From assembly GCF_009914755.1 (NCBI RefSeq), contig NC_060934.1: a stretch of 64,000 bases of DNA; one strand, 5' to 3'. The notes below the pieces were generated by a model that saw only the letters and a program-made list of their open reading frames with translations, ran no database searches and had not been told where the DNA came from. The position numbers and the translations under genes are program-made. This DNA is from the human T2T-CHM13v2.0 reference genome, Homo sapiens. This document shows positions 52,002-64,000 of this stretch, piece by piece (positions within the stretch are counted from its first letter, which is position 1; every line of letters begins with the position of its first letter).

Positions 52002-52229
52002 TAATCGTTCTCTTGCACATGCAGTGGAAGCTCTCTAACCCAGCGTCCGCTTCGCAGAGTGGCTGAGTAGCCAACTCTTCCTTTCCCTTGCCTTGCCCTA
52101 AACCAAGTGACCTGATGTAGTTGGCGTACGAAGGCTGTCAGCGGAGGGGCTACTTTCAGGTGCCTTCCCACTTCTGCTCCCATCTGTCCAACTGTGAGAT
52201 TACCCAGAGTCCGATGGCATGATCCCAAA

Positions 52230-52920
52230 CCTGTTTATGCCAGTTGTATTTGTTGTTGTAGTTATGTAATGTATTAGTCCGTTCTCACACTGCTCTAAAG
52301 AACTACCTGAGACTGGGTAGTTTACGAAAAAAAGAGGTTTAATTGACTCACAGTTCCACAGGCTTAACAGGAAGCATGACTGGGAGGCCTCAGGAAACTT
52401 ACAATCATGGCAGAAGGCGAAGAGGAAACAAGCACCTTCTTCCTACGGTGGCAGGAGAGGGAGAAAGAGCAAAAGGGAAGTGCCACACTTTTAAACCATC
52501 AGATCTCGTGAGAACTCACTCATCGTTAGAACAGCAAAGGGGAAATCTGCCCCCACGATCCAATCACCTCCCACCAGGCCCCTCCTCCGATTCGACATGA
52601 GATCTGGGTGAAGACACAAATCCAAACCATATCATGTAATTTCCTTAAATATTAGTTAAACCAATGAAATATAAATGTAAAAAAGAGAGCTGCTGCTTCT
52701 ATGAAAACTAAGTTGAATACTCAGGTAAGACTTGGTAGAGATAAGTTGCTAAAAATGCTGTCCATCAAATCGATGGGTAGTTTGCCATCTGTGAGAGACT
52801 GGAGAAAATGATAAAAACCTGGAAGGAGTCTAAGACACATCGCTCCACAGTATTTACGCTCTTTTTCCACTTAAAAGTGAAGCAAAACTAGAAATCGTAG
52901 ATCATGTGCTGTGGACGTGG
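52230..52920 (+). mobile_element. Tigger (pogo-like, Tigger13a-like) transposase relic interrupted by a THE1
   Basis: Decayed N-terminal peptides MKTKLN (52701-52718) and KLEIVDHVLW (52885-52914) resemble a CENP-B-type HTH region. Confidence 0.55.
52270..52634 (-). mobile_element. THE1D-like MaLR solo LTR
   Basis: 'tgtattagtccgttctcacactgct'...'tccaaaccatatca'. Perfect TSD TGTAA (52265-52269, 52635-52639). Confidence 0.92.
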
Positions 52921-53148
52921 TTGGCCTGAGGGGGCGGGAGGGTGCAGGTCTTCTCTGTCCCTGCGTTTCCAAATCCACCCTCCCTCCTTCCCTGGGCCTT
53001 GGTGGGGAGAGGATGCATCTCACACCTACATCAGTGTCCAGCTCCAGTCCTCGCCCCTCTCCCCGAGCCTGGAGAATTTTCTTTTCCCTTGTGGTAAAAA
53101 ACAAGTAGTCATCAAAATCCCTTATTAGGCCAAAATTCCAGCATTTGA

Positions 53149-53594
<446 letters not shown>

Positions 53595-53636
53595 TCAGTC
53601 TGCTATTTTTAAAAGGCACCACGGGGTTGGGTGACT

Positions 53637-53927
53637 ATTTTTTTGAGACAGGGTCTCACTCTGTCATCCAGGCTGGAGTGGCACAATCATAGCTCACTGC
53701 AGCCTCAACCTCCCAGGCTCAAGCGATCCCTCTGCCTCACCCTCCCCAGTAGCTGGAACTACAGGCACACTCTACCATGCCTGGCTAATTTTTAAAACTT
53801 GTTTTGTAGAAACAGGATGCATCCCACTATGTTGCCCAGGCTGGTCTCAAATTTGTGAGCTGAAGCAATCCTCCTGCCTCGGCCTCCCAAAGTGCTGGGA
53901 TTAGGGAGTGAGCCGGCGCAGCTGGCC
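53637..53927 (-). mobile_element. AluJ
   Basis: 'gagacagggtctcactctg...atcatagctcactgcagcctcaacctcccaggctcaagcgatcc'. TSD core tgggtgact on both sides. Confidence 0.92.
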
Positions 53928-55229
53928 AGGACTGGGTGACTTTTAAACAACAGAATTGATTTCTTACAGTTCTGGAGGCTGAAAGTCCAAGATGAGGGTG
54001 CCAGCACGGTCAGGTTCTCCGGAGGGCCCTCTTCTAGGCTGCAGACAGCTGACTTCTCCCCATACCTTCTCATGGTGGGAGCAGGGGGAGGAAGCTCTCT
54101 GGGGTCCCTTTTATAAGGGCCCAATCCCATTCATGAGGGTCCACCCTCATGACCTAATCACATCTCAAAGTGCCCATACTGGGAGTGGATTTCAACATAT
54201 GAATTTAAGGGGGACGCATTTAGTCCCTAACAGAGAACTGCAGACAAGCAGCCTGCCACACCTAGGTAACTTCTCCCAGCCTTCCTCAATCCCCCACTCT
54301 AAATGTGCCATCCACTGCTCCACATCCACCCCTCTCCTGGTCCTTTGCAGTCTAGCTCACGGTGCCCCGTAAGACACCCTCAGCTCCAGCGTCCTGCGGG
54401 AGGGACAGCACCTTCCTGCTTCCTGCAGGCACCCAGCATTAGTAGCAAGCACGTGCACCTGCTCCCCAAACACCCCCAGGTGAGCAAGCAAGTGAGGAAG
54501 GAAGGCCCCTTCCCGTGCGGGCATTGGATGCTCCTTTGATCTTAATTGATTTCATTGCAGAGGCAGGCCTGTTCCTGACCTTGTTAGCAAATTTCTTACC
54601 GCAGGCCCTAAGCAGGCACCATAATTGGAGGGTTGTCGGAGCCTTGGAATCTGCAGACGCCAAAGGGACACCGAGAGGAGGAGGCAGGCATAGGATGAGA
54701 AGATGGCAGCTCCTGAGACCCGGCTGTCTCAATCTCCTCTATGTTTTCTGCCTTTGGACTCTGTGGTGATGCCGGACGTTACCAGCAGGACGGAAGAGAG
54801 AGGAATACCGTGTGCAAGGGCTGGTAGTGATCACTGTCACCTGCCTCTGGAGGGCCTAAAACAGGCCTGCAGGTCATCTGGCTCCAATGCAGGGCCAGGG
54901 TGCATTCTGAGGCTGGAGGCAGGACCTCAGCTTTAGAGAGGGCAGGGGCCTAAACCTGGGATGAGCATTCATCCTAGGTCAGGCTGAACCAGCTCAGTGG
55001 CCCCTCCTAGCAATCCAATCACTGGGAGACATCGTTCTCATTACAGCACAGCTGCAGGCACCCACCTGTGGTACCCTCAGCCCAGGTAAGGTCTAAAGAG
55101 GTCTCTCCTGCTACCTGCAACTTCAGCTCCTCGCAGGTTCATTCTTGGCTCAGTTATTAAGCTTGTCAGTTTCTTTCTTTCAGGTTTGGCTCCCAGTAGA
55201 CTATAAGCTTGGTAAAGGCAAAGACCACA

Positions 55230-55596
55230 TGTTATGGTCTGAATATGTGTCCCCCTCAAATTCCTATGTCGAAATCCTAATCCTCAAGGTGATGGTATTA
55301 GGAGACAGGGGCTCTGGGAGGTGATTAGGTCATGGAATGGAGCCCTTAGAAATGGGATTAGGCCCTTGTAAAAGGGACCCCAGAGAGCTCTCTTCTCCTC
55401 TTTCTCCGATGTGAGGACACAGGGAGAAGTCAGCAGCCTACAGCCTGGAAGAGGGCCCTCCCCAGAACCCAACATGCTTGCACCCTGACCTTGGACTTCC
55501 AGCCTCCAGAACTGTGAGAAATAAATTTCTGTTGTCTATTGTAAGTGCTGTAATAATCTATAGTGCTTGGTTATGGCAGCTCGAAGGACTAAGATA
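55230..55596 (+). mobile_element. MLT1A0-type LTR inserted in an L2 3' end (L2 about 55180-55670)
   Basis: 'tgttatggtctgaatatgtgtccccc'...'ggactaagata'. TSD ccaca/ccatg. L2 'agactataagctt...|...cctagcacagtgcctggcac' flanks it. Confidence 0.88.
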
Positions 55597-56641
55597 CCAT
55601 GCTGTCTGTCTTGGTTTGTGCTATAGTTCCAGAGCCTAGCACAGTGCCTGGCACCAAGTCAGTGCTCAGGAGATGCCCCAGACCAGGAGTCAAAGGCAAC
55701 ACCTAGTCCACAGCAGTGGGTGACTCAGGGCCCCAGGCACAAGCCCACTTCCTAAGGCTGGAGGAAGCCAACTTGTGTTTCTTCTCGTGGTGCTATAGTG
55801 ACCCATCTGGAAGCCCTGATGCTTTGACCAAATACACAGCACATTTGGAGCCTGCCTTGTGCAGACACTTTGAAATTTTCCCAATACTATCTTAAAAATT
55901 AAAAATTCATCTCGTGAAAAATAAAAGGCAAGTGTAACTAACAGGGGAAATTTGGCTCTGTTGCCTGAAGGCTGATGAGGAACAGCTTAATGTGCCACTG
56001 GAGAACGTTTCTGCCGTCTCGTGTTGTGCGGAGAACACACTGACTGCGAAAGCCTCTTACCTGAAGCTCTCAGATCAATACATTTATTTTTGTCCCTCCC
56101 CTGGAGAACAGCTCTCTGTGGAGACCTGGCCTTTCTCCTCACCTGTGGGGATGCTTTCAACTCAGTTTGCATGGGGAGAAGTCCCTCAATCCTCACTTTC
56201 ATTCCAACTTCTCTTCTGTGGCCTCCAAGTAATAGATTGCTGGGCTCCCTGTAATAGATTGGAAAATTAATCCTTTTTGGCTGCACCCACCCCCTTGTTA
56301 CAAGCTGGTGATAAGATCAAAAAATTCCATACCTTAGAGGTGATGGATACACAGAGAGGCTTCGTGTGGTTTATCAGCTTCTCTATCTGGGGCAGATTTT
56401 ATAACTTTGCTCTAAAATTCCCACAATGCTAACAGTCCTACAACCCTGGGCATTTCTCTCCTGTGACCTCCATCCATGATTTCACTAAAATAATTTCTGA
56501 TGTTCATCTGGGAGTGGACCGATGGTTGCACCAAAGTCAAAAAATGCACAGAGTTGTTTCACACACACTGAGACACAGGACAACACACTTTGAAGCCCTC
56601 AGAACCCTCATGACACCTGAAGCCTCACATCCTGAGTGAGT

Positions 56642-57140
56642 TGTGGCAGACAGAGTTCCTGGTCCCAGCTCTCTACTACATGACAGCCTCATGATGAGCA
56701 GAGCATGTTTCCCTGACCCTTGACTTTGGTCTTGACCTTGAGACTTGCTTTGGCCAAAGCAAGTCTCAACCCAGCCCCAGCATGCAGAGCCTGGGGAGTG
56801 CTTGGACAATAAGTTCTGCTCTCTCATGCTGGTGATCTACAGTGAGAACATGCTCCAGGAGCTGCTCTTCCTTCAGCCAGGGCCCCAAAAGGAGACACAT
56901 GGAGGTGACCATGTGCCCTGGGGGCTGCTGGTCAAAGGAGGATATGTGACACGTGGGCCATTCCTGATCCCAACCTACAGCCTGGACACTGGAGCCCAGA
57001 GCCCAGAGCCAAAAGTCCAAGCTAGCCCAGTGGAGTTGCAGCAGACCCCAAAACCAATGGGACCAAGAATAAGTCATTGTCGTTTTAGGTTTGGAGTGGT
57101 TTCTTACACAGTGTTACTGTAGCAATAGCTGACTGATACA
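56642..57140 (+). mobile_element. Old MLT1 (G/H-like) MaLR LTR
   Basis: 'gacttgctttggccaa' and terminus 'ggtttcttacacagtgttactgtagcaatagctgactgataca'. Confidence 0.75.
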
Positions 57141-57979
57141 ATATTCAAGCTCATACAAAGTCTACTCATATGCTCAGAGCACACACAGGCACTCAAGGAA
57201 CACTATCCCTGCCCCCACACACACCTTTGTAGTGAGCATATAAGGTCATTGTCCCAGGAGCTGGAAAGGTCCCCCTCCCCTGCCCACCTGCGGCCCACTT
57301 TCCCCAATGCTGCCAGAGCACTGCCTGGTCTTCCAGAGGCCAATTATGTCTTTAGCATCCACCACTGTGCAGCTCAGAGCTCCACGCCCTTTATCTTGTC
57401 AAGTTGTTTTTATGTCCTTTCTGCCAAGAAAGTGTTGCTTTTGAAGCCCTGGCAGCTTGCTCCTTTTTTCCTTTCTACTCCAGTTGTTGAATGCGCGTCA
57501 GATTTGTGACATCCCATTCTCCCAAGGGGAAAAATTACAGCTGGGATGTATGCAAATGAATTCTCAGAACACGAATCTTTCACGTCCTTGCTGTTGGCGG
57601 CCCCTCTGCCGGCCCTGCTTCTCCGATTGCAGCTGCTGCTGCTCCGGCAATGAGCCGGAAACGGATCCATCCTTACATCTGAGGGTAGTGGGTAAACCCC
57701 GTTCTTGGTTGCAGCCAGTGAGGGGAAAAAGTCAGGGCTGGAACACACTCAGCCTTTCCCTCCTCTCAGAGCCTGGAGTAACGGGGCTGGGGCCTGGGCG
57801 GTCTGGCTTGGGATGAGCAGCCTCCCCAGCTTCCCAAGGCCAGAGCTCCAGCACGTGGAAGCAGCGTCAGCTTGGGCAGGCTTTGGAGGGGCCTGAGAAG
57901 CCCATCAGCCTTACTGGGACCCCTTCTTAGCTCCCTCTTCTGCGAAGGAGGACTTGATGCTGTCTACAGAGTGGACTGT

Positions 57980-59300
57980 GTCCTGGCACAATCTGGAAGC
58001 AGAGGAGGTGCTGGAGGAAACAGGCCGAGAGGTTCTGCCTGGTGGAGGCTGTCACAGTGCCCTGTGCAACATTGTGAGGGATGGCAAGCATGGCTGGGTG
58101 TGCTCCCCACCCCAGGAAGCTCAGGGAGGGTCTCCCTGGCAGAGAAGGTTTAACTTGAGTCTTGACGGATGAGTAAAGACTCCTGGATGAACGGTCGGGG
58201 AAAGGCATGCAGGGAGAGGGAACAGCATATGCAGACAGCACGGAGGATGCAAGAGTCTGACTTAGAGACTCTTAATTAGAGAACTATGAGGAATTCAGGG
58301 GCCCCTGAGCTCTGGGTGACCTGGGGAGGGCGGTGGGAAATGAGGCTCAGAAGTCAGCTGAGGCTGGATCTCTAAAGTGCCAGACTGATGGATTTGGGTG
58401 TTTCCAGTTAGCAATAGGGAGCCACGGAAAGATTTGAGGAGGGAGAAGCAGGACCAGGCTTGCTTTCCCATCCCATCCCGCCAACCACAGAGTGGAAGCG
58501 GATCAGAGAAAGGCAGGCCTGGGCCAGGCAGGCAGCTGCAAGGGCTCTGGGAGGAGGTGGCCAGGTTCGGCCTGACGAGGTGGCCCCGGCTGTGGAGGGA
58601 GGAGATAGAGCCGCCTTCCCTCCTCCTTCAGCCTCTGCCCACCTTGATTCGCTCACCCCTGGTCACAGCTCTCGCCGCCTGTGAAGACAAGCAGGTGCCC
58701 ACTGCCCGCTGAACTATGAAATCGGCTCAGCCTCATCCTCAGCTTCACAAGAGCCACATCCAGAGAATTGCCAGTTCAATGCCTCTCAGATTTGTCTCTC
58801 CCCTCCCTTGGCCGACACCTTCACCGGGGCCCTCATCAGCTCCCATGGCCCCTGTATGGGGTGACTGGCTCAGGCCCCTGGGGTTCCCACTTACTCCTGG
58901 AACCTGTTTCTTTTTCCTTCGGTCAGCAACTATTTTTTGAGCAGCCACAGCACACCAGGGCCTGGGGTGCTACGGCTGGAAATAGCAAGCAACACAGAAT
59001 GGGGCTGTGGCCCCCTGGAGCCTCCCTCCAGGGAAAGACGGATGGTAAACAGTTGCTGCACAACTCTGCATGCAGCCCCCCTAGAGCGGAGGGTGACGGA
59101 GGAATGCAGCACATAGGGCTGAGCCGCAAGGCACCAGGCAGGGCGAGGAGCAGCGTGCAGAAGGCTCTGCATGGAAGATCGTGGAGAAGAAGGAAAGGCA
59201 CCGAAGATAAGGCTGGGGGCCCAGACACGAAGGGCATAGGGGCCATGTGAGGGATTGGAAATCTGCCTAAAAGCAAAGAAAAGTCATCAAAAGCCTTTAA
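57980..59300 (-). mobile_element. Two L2 fragments (about 57980-58560, 58950-59300)
   Basis: 'acttgagtcttgacggatgagta...ggaacagcatatgcagacagcacggagg...gcaatagggagccacggaaagatttg'. Confidence 0.65.
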
Positions 59301-61229
59301 CCATGTGGTGTGTCCGAGGGCCCAGGGCAACACGTGCAGGCGTTCCACCTACCACTGGGTGTTAGGCCGGTCACCCCAAGCCTGCCCCCAGGGAGCAGGG
59401 AGCCCTCCGTGGGTGTGAGGCAGAACACCGTGACTTGGGAAAGATCTGGCACCTCCTACTCAGGTGCTCAGGGTTGGGAGGGCGGAGCAGGCACCGGGCA
59501 CCTCGCTTGCTCGCCCATCCTCAGGCAGGGACAGGCAGCTGTGGGCAGCAGTGATGTGCGTCCGGCCAGCGAGGACATAGGACAGCCCAGTGCCCTCCAG
59601 CCCCAAAGGGGGTCAGAGAAAGGCAGTAATCAGGGAGAGGTGCAACTGACCCCAAGCCGCTCCAGGGTTAGGAAAGGCCAGGACGAAAGCAGAGGGTGCA
59701 CTACCCAGAGAAACTGAAATGAGCCGGCTGCCAACACAGAGCTCCTGCCCCACCCCGACCCTACACATGCAGACCTTGACCCCTCAGGCACCCAGTGTCC
59801 CCAGCAGATTGCAGTCTGGAAATCAGTCCCCAGGGTCCTCCCATGCAGGCCCCGCAGCCAGGAATTCTCAGTCACCTGCCTGCTGTCCAGCCTCCCCTCA
59901 GGACAGCGATCAGGGAGAGCCAGGGAGCCTGGAGGCCTTAGCTGGACCAGCCAAGACCTCCTCCAGCCTCAGTTTCCCCATCTGGGAGGCGACACAGGCA
60001 TGCTGCCGTGTCCCTGTGGAGGCACAGTTTGCTCTGACCCTCCTGCCTCTCCTTCCTGGCTCTCCCTTCCCTGGAGCCTAGATCCCAGCATCTCAAGCCC
60101 CACAGCCTCACTGTCAATGCCCACTCCTGGCTTTCAGACCACAAACTTGAGATTCTTTAGAGTCTGCTCATTTTCATAGTTGGAAATTATTGAATTCAAC
60201 AGTGTAATTATTTTAAAAATATAAACAGACCAACCACAAACATATGGCAGAAGCAATATATTTTCCCCTGCCCCTGGTTTCCTGGAAAGCTTTTATTACC
60301 ATTGCTAAAAATATTTGCCCAGGGCTCATTAAAGATCCAAGAAAGAATGGGGCCTGGATCTCCAGGCCTGAGTCCCTCCACTGAGCAGTGCCCTTACTCT
60401 GTCCTAGAGTTTCCAAGGGTGACAGGGACATGGAGTCTGCTTTAATGACCTGCTCATGGGGCCACTGGCACTGGGCGGGCAGTGGGGTTGGGTTGCGTTG
60501 CAGTCCAGGCGGTCCCCGCATTCATAACAGCTGAGATGCTACCCGGGAAGGGACCTGCTCAGGGACACTGTCATTGGGGCCATTACTTAGGATGTCATTC
60601 CACTTTCTCTTGCACTCCCTCCTCTCAGGGAAGCTGGTCTGGCCCCACAGAAGCAGAGGCCCCTGCCCTTCTGTGGGCCCGTAACTAACAGTGGGGAAGG
60701 CCTCTGCTACCCTCCTACTGCCCAGGGGGCACCCCTTGTCTCATCTTGCCTGAATCAACCTAAGAGTCTTCCAGAGTCCCTCTGTGAGGCCTGAGTGATT
60801 CATTCCCATGAGGGGTTCCGGGACTGAGGGATGCTGGCAAGGACATCCTCTAAGTTGGTCCCAGGAGGTGTTGCCTTCGCTCCCCCTGCCCCCTACCAGC
60901 TTTAGGGTTGAAGACTTGGATGATACATAACCCTTCCCCCGGCCCCAGGCCACTGCCTCCTATGTCCAGCCTCCCCTCCCCCAGCCTGGCATCCTGCCCC
61001 AACCCCACCTCTGCCCCTCCCCTCCATCCCTAGCACAGGGGCCACTCAGCTTGTCCCTTCCCCTGGCTTCCTCCTGCCTTTCTCTCTTCTAGTTCCCCAT
61101 GCCCTGCCCCCAGGACCACCTGTGAGTGATCTCCAGCACCCACTTCCTGTGCACGCAGCCACAGGCAGCCCAACTGTCCCAGGACCTCACCTACGCCGAC
61201 ACACATCGCCATCTAATTACAGCAGCCCT

Positions 61230-62510
61230 GCTGTGAACGCCTGTCCCATGCCAGACACCTTCCATGCATCATTTCTAATCCCCTCAACAGCCCCCACAGG
61301 TGGATGCCCTTATTATCCCCATTCTACAGGCAAGGAAACTGAGGTCTACAAAGGTGAATTCACTCTCAAAGCCGCCAGCTACGAAGTGATGGGATCAGGG
61401 TGCAAACTTCAGACTTTGTGGCTGCGGGGCTGATTCCACTTTGCTCTGCTGCCTCTTGGATAGCCTGGCCCAGCAGGTGGGTGTGTGTGCACACAGGTGT
61501 GTGCATGCCCCTGAGAATGGGACCTTGGGAATGACACTGGGACTTCTGTTTGTGTCTGAGGCCTCTGCAGCACCAGGATACAGCTCATCTCAGGACAGCC
61601 AGCAGAAGCCAGGCTGCCCACTCCCAGGCAGTGTAAGTCCTAAATGCCAGCTGCTCTGATGTAACAGAGGACAATGGAGCGTGCCCTGCCTCCCTGAGCC
61701 CTCATCCTGCCGTTCACCAGGCCGGGGTTTGCTCAATTTCACCCACAGCTCCAAAAGCCAAAATGCCTGGAGAAGCAAAGCAAAGATGATTTTGCTCTAG
61801 CTGCAAAGTCAGAGCCCAGCCCTCAACTGTCAGGCAGCTCAGGAACCTTTTGCTCATGAGGAGAGGTAGAAATGCGGCTTCCAGTCCATCGCTTCATCCA
61901 CAGGGGCTGACGGAGGAAACAAAACAGACATGTTCTCACTGAGAGTGTGTCCTTTCAGATAACTTGTGGTTAGGATGTTGTTTTAGGCCGGGGAAGCATA
62001 AATCTCAGGCATTACATTTTTATTCCTGTCTGTGAGCAAGAATCCTCCTTGAAGATTCAATGCACTTGCAGCTGCCCCGGAGTCTGCGCTTCTCTATCTG
62101 CCCAGGGCGAGTGGGCAGGACGGACCGTGCTAACCCAGGAGCAGCTCTTGGTGCAGGGCTCCTTGGCTGCAGGGGAGAGTGGGAGGCTGGGAGCTTGGTG
62201 CTCACAGCTGGGGGTGCTTCTCAGACACATGGACGGGCATCAGAGCAGACACAGCCACAGGGAGATCGTGCCTGCGCTGGAGGAGAGAGTCCACCATGGC
62301 CTCATGGGTGAGCCACCACTGCCAGTCCCATGGTGATATGCAGGTCATCGGAGCATGTATTGAGCACCTACTATGTGCAAGCACTTTGTGTACATTCTGT
62401 TAATTAATCCTCACAATAACTTGGGAGACTGTTTCCATTTTACAGAAAGAAAAGCTGAATTCAGAATGGTGACGTAACTGCCCCAAGGCCTTGCAGCCAG
62501 TAAGTGATGC
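61230..62510 (-). mobile_element. Two MIRs (about 61230-61450, 62350-62510)
   Basis: 'attatccccattctacaggcaaggaaactgagg'; 'tattgagcacctactatgtgc...aatcctcacaataac...ccattttacaga'. Confidence 0.8.
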
Positions 62511-63376
62511 TGTTGGTCAGGTTTGCATCCAGCTGCAAAGGAAAAGTCCAACCCATGGTGGCTTAAAAAATAGAGGGCACATAAGTCTCAAATAAGCCTA
62601 GAGATCGCTGGTGGCATGTGGCAGGAAGGCTCGAGAATGTCAGCGCTGTGGGAGGAAGTTTCTAGGATTCTAGGCCAGGGCTGGATCTGCTTCCCCATGG
62701 GAGGAAGGGGGCCTCTGCCCAAGACCTAAATAAAGTTGGAGGGTTTCATACGGCGTTGGTGCTCCATGACGGGCTCCATGTGAGTCACACTCAGGCAAAA
62801 TCCACCCAAAAGGGGCAACCACTGTGGGGCGGAAAGGATGTTACTTACACCGCCCTTGGAAGACATCTCCCCCCACCATTCCTTGAGACCTGTCCATCAA
62901 AGACATCTGACCTACAATTGCCCTGATGTGCCCAGGTCTGCCACAGCCCTCTCCATTCTGCTTTCCCCTCTGCAGCAAACAAACACAGCCTGACACGTAC
63001 TAGGGTTCCTCCTGGAAGGGTCTCTCTCCTTTCTAGAGTATACCCTCCTGGAAGGCAAGCATGGAGTCACACCTCTCGCCACACCCCAGCAAGGCTCAGT
63101 AGACAGATGTGTAAACAGCAGGCCCCATTAATTGTTGATTTTTAAAGCAGTCTCACTAAAGTGGCAGTTCAAACATTTGACTTACAATGCTGGCCTCTGG
63201 GGAAGCACTATGGTAATTGGGGCACACTTTTTTTACCTCTTTAAAAGGGTTGCACATGTAATATCTGGTAATTATTGAAATATTAAAATAAAAGTAAAGC
63301 AATAGAATCCCATTGTTTACATTTTTATACATAGATTTCCACTCTTTCTTTCATACATATGCAGACATATATTTTC

Positions 63377-63818
63377 TGTCTTCATTTATTTTCTGTTACA
63401 ACAGGATACCTGAAACTGGGTAATTTATAGAGAAAAGGAATTTATATCCTATAAAGGCTGAGAAGTCCAAGGTTGAGGAGCTGCATTTGGTGGGGACCTT
63501 CTTGCTGTGGGAGCTTTCTTGCTGGTGAGGGCTCTCTGCAGAATCCCCAGGTGGTGCAGGGTGTTACATGGTGGAGGGGCTGAGTGTGCTACTCAGGTCT
63601 CTCTTTCTCTGCTTATAAAGCCACTAGTCCCACTCCTGTGATAACCCATTAGTCTGTTAACCCATTAATCTATTCATGGATGAACGGATGAATCCATTCA
63701 TAAGGACAGGGCCCTCATGACCCAATCACCTCTCAAAGGCCCCAACTCTCAATGCTGCCAAATTGGGGATTACATTTCAACATGAGTTTGGGAGGAAACA
63801 CATATTCAAGCAATAGCA
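63377..63818 (-). mobile_element. MST-family MaLR LTR (MSTC-like) within L1M
   Basis: Same family as 28538-28939: 'acaggatacctgaaactgggtaatttata...aacccatta...catattcaagcaatagca'. Confidence 0.85.
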
Positions 63819-64000
63819 GTTTTTAAAAAAGAAAACAGATCCTACTGCCTATTCTGTTTTGCCATTTTAGAAAAACATAAAATGCATCCTAAGCATCTTT
63901 CCATATTAGTAATTGTTCTCCTTCAACAACATTTTTGGTGACTGGATAGGACTCTATTGTATACATGCTCTATAATTTATATGATCCACTCACAATTGTT

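Overview
Primate (human-like) non-coding nuclear DNA, fairly GC-rich. I see no credible protein-coding gene, structural RNA gene, CRISPR array or CpG island. The long ORFs in the track are artefacts of CA/TG repeats, purine microsatellites, Alus and LTRs. The window is mostly interspersed repeats: eight Alus plus a FLAM, MaLR LTRs (THE1A, THE1D, MST x2, MLT1A-type x4, older MLT1), ERV LTRs (MER41A, MER34-like, LTR47-like, LTR16-like x2), DNA transposons (MER1B, MER3, MER5, MER20, MER58A, MER91, a Tigger relic), old L1M pieces and many MIR/L2 fragments. Several insertions have target-site duplications (TSDs) that can be checked in the sequence. The distinctive structures are: four long degenerate CA/TG tracts in alternating orientation (one densely packed with TGCATG); several short minisatellites, including a near-homogeneous 29-bp array; a locally templated insertion flanked by a 19-bp direct repeat at about 48.1-48.7 kb; and a few motif-dense unique segments that could be enhancers or lncRNA exons. 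Subfamily calls come from remembered consensus sequences and need RepeatMasker/Dfam confirmation. I found no convincing new multi-gene system. The findings are hypotheses about non-coding function and mutational history.
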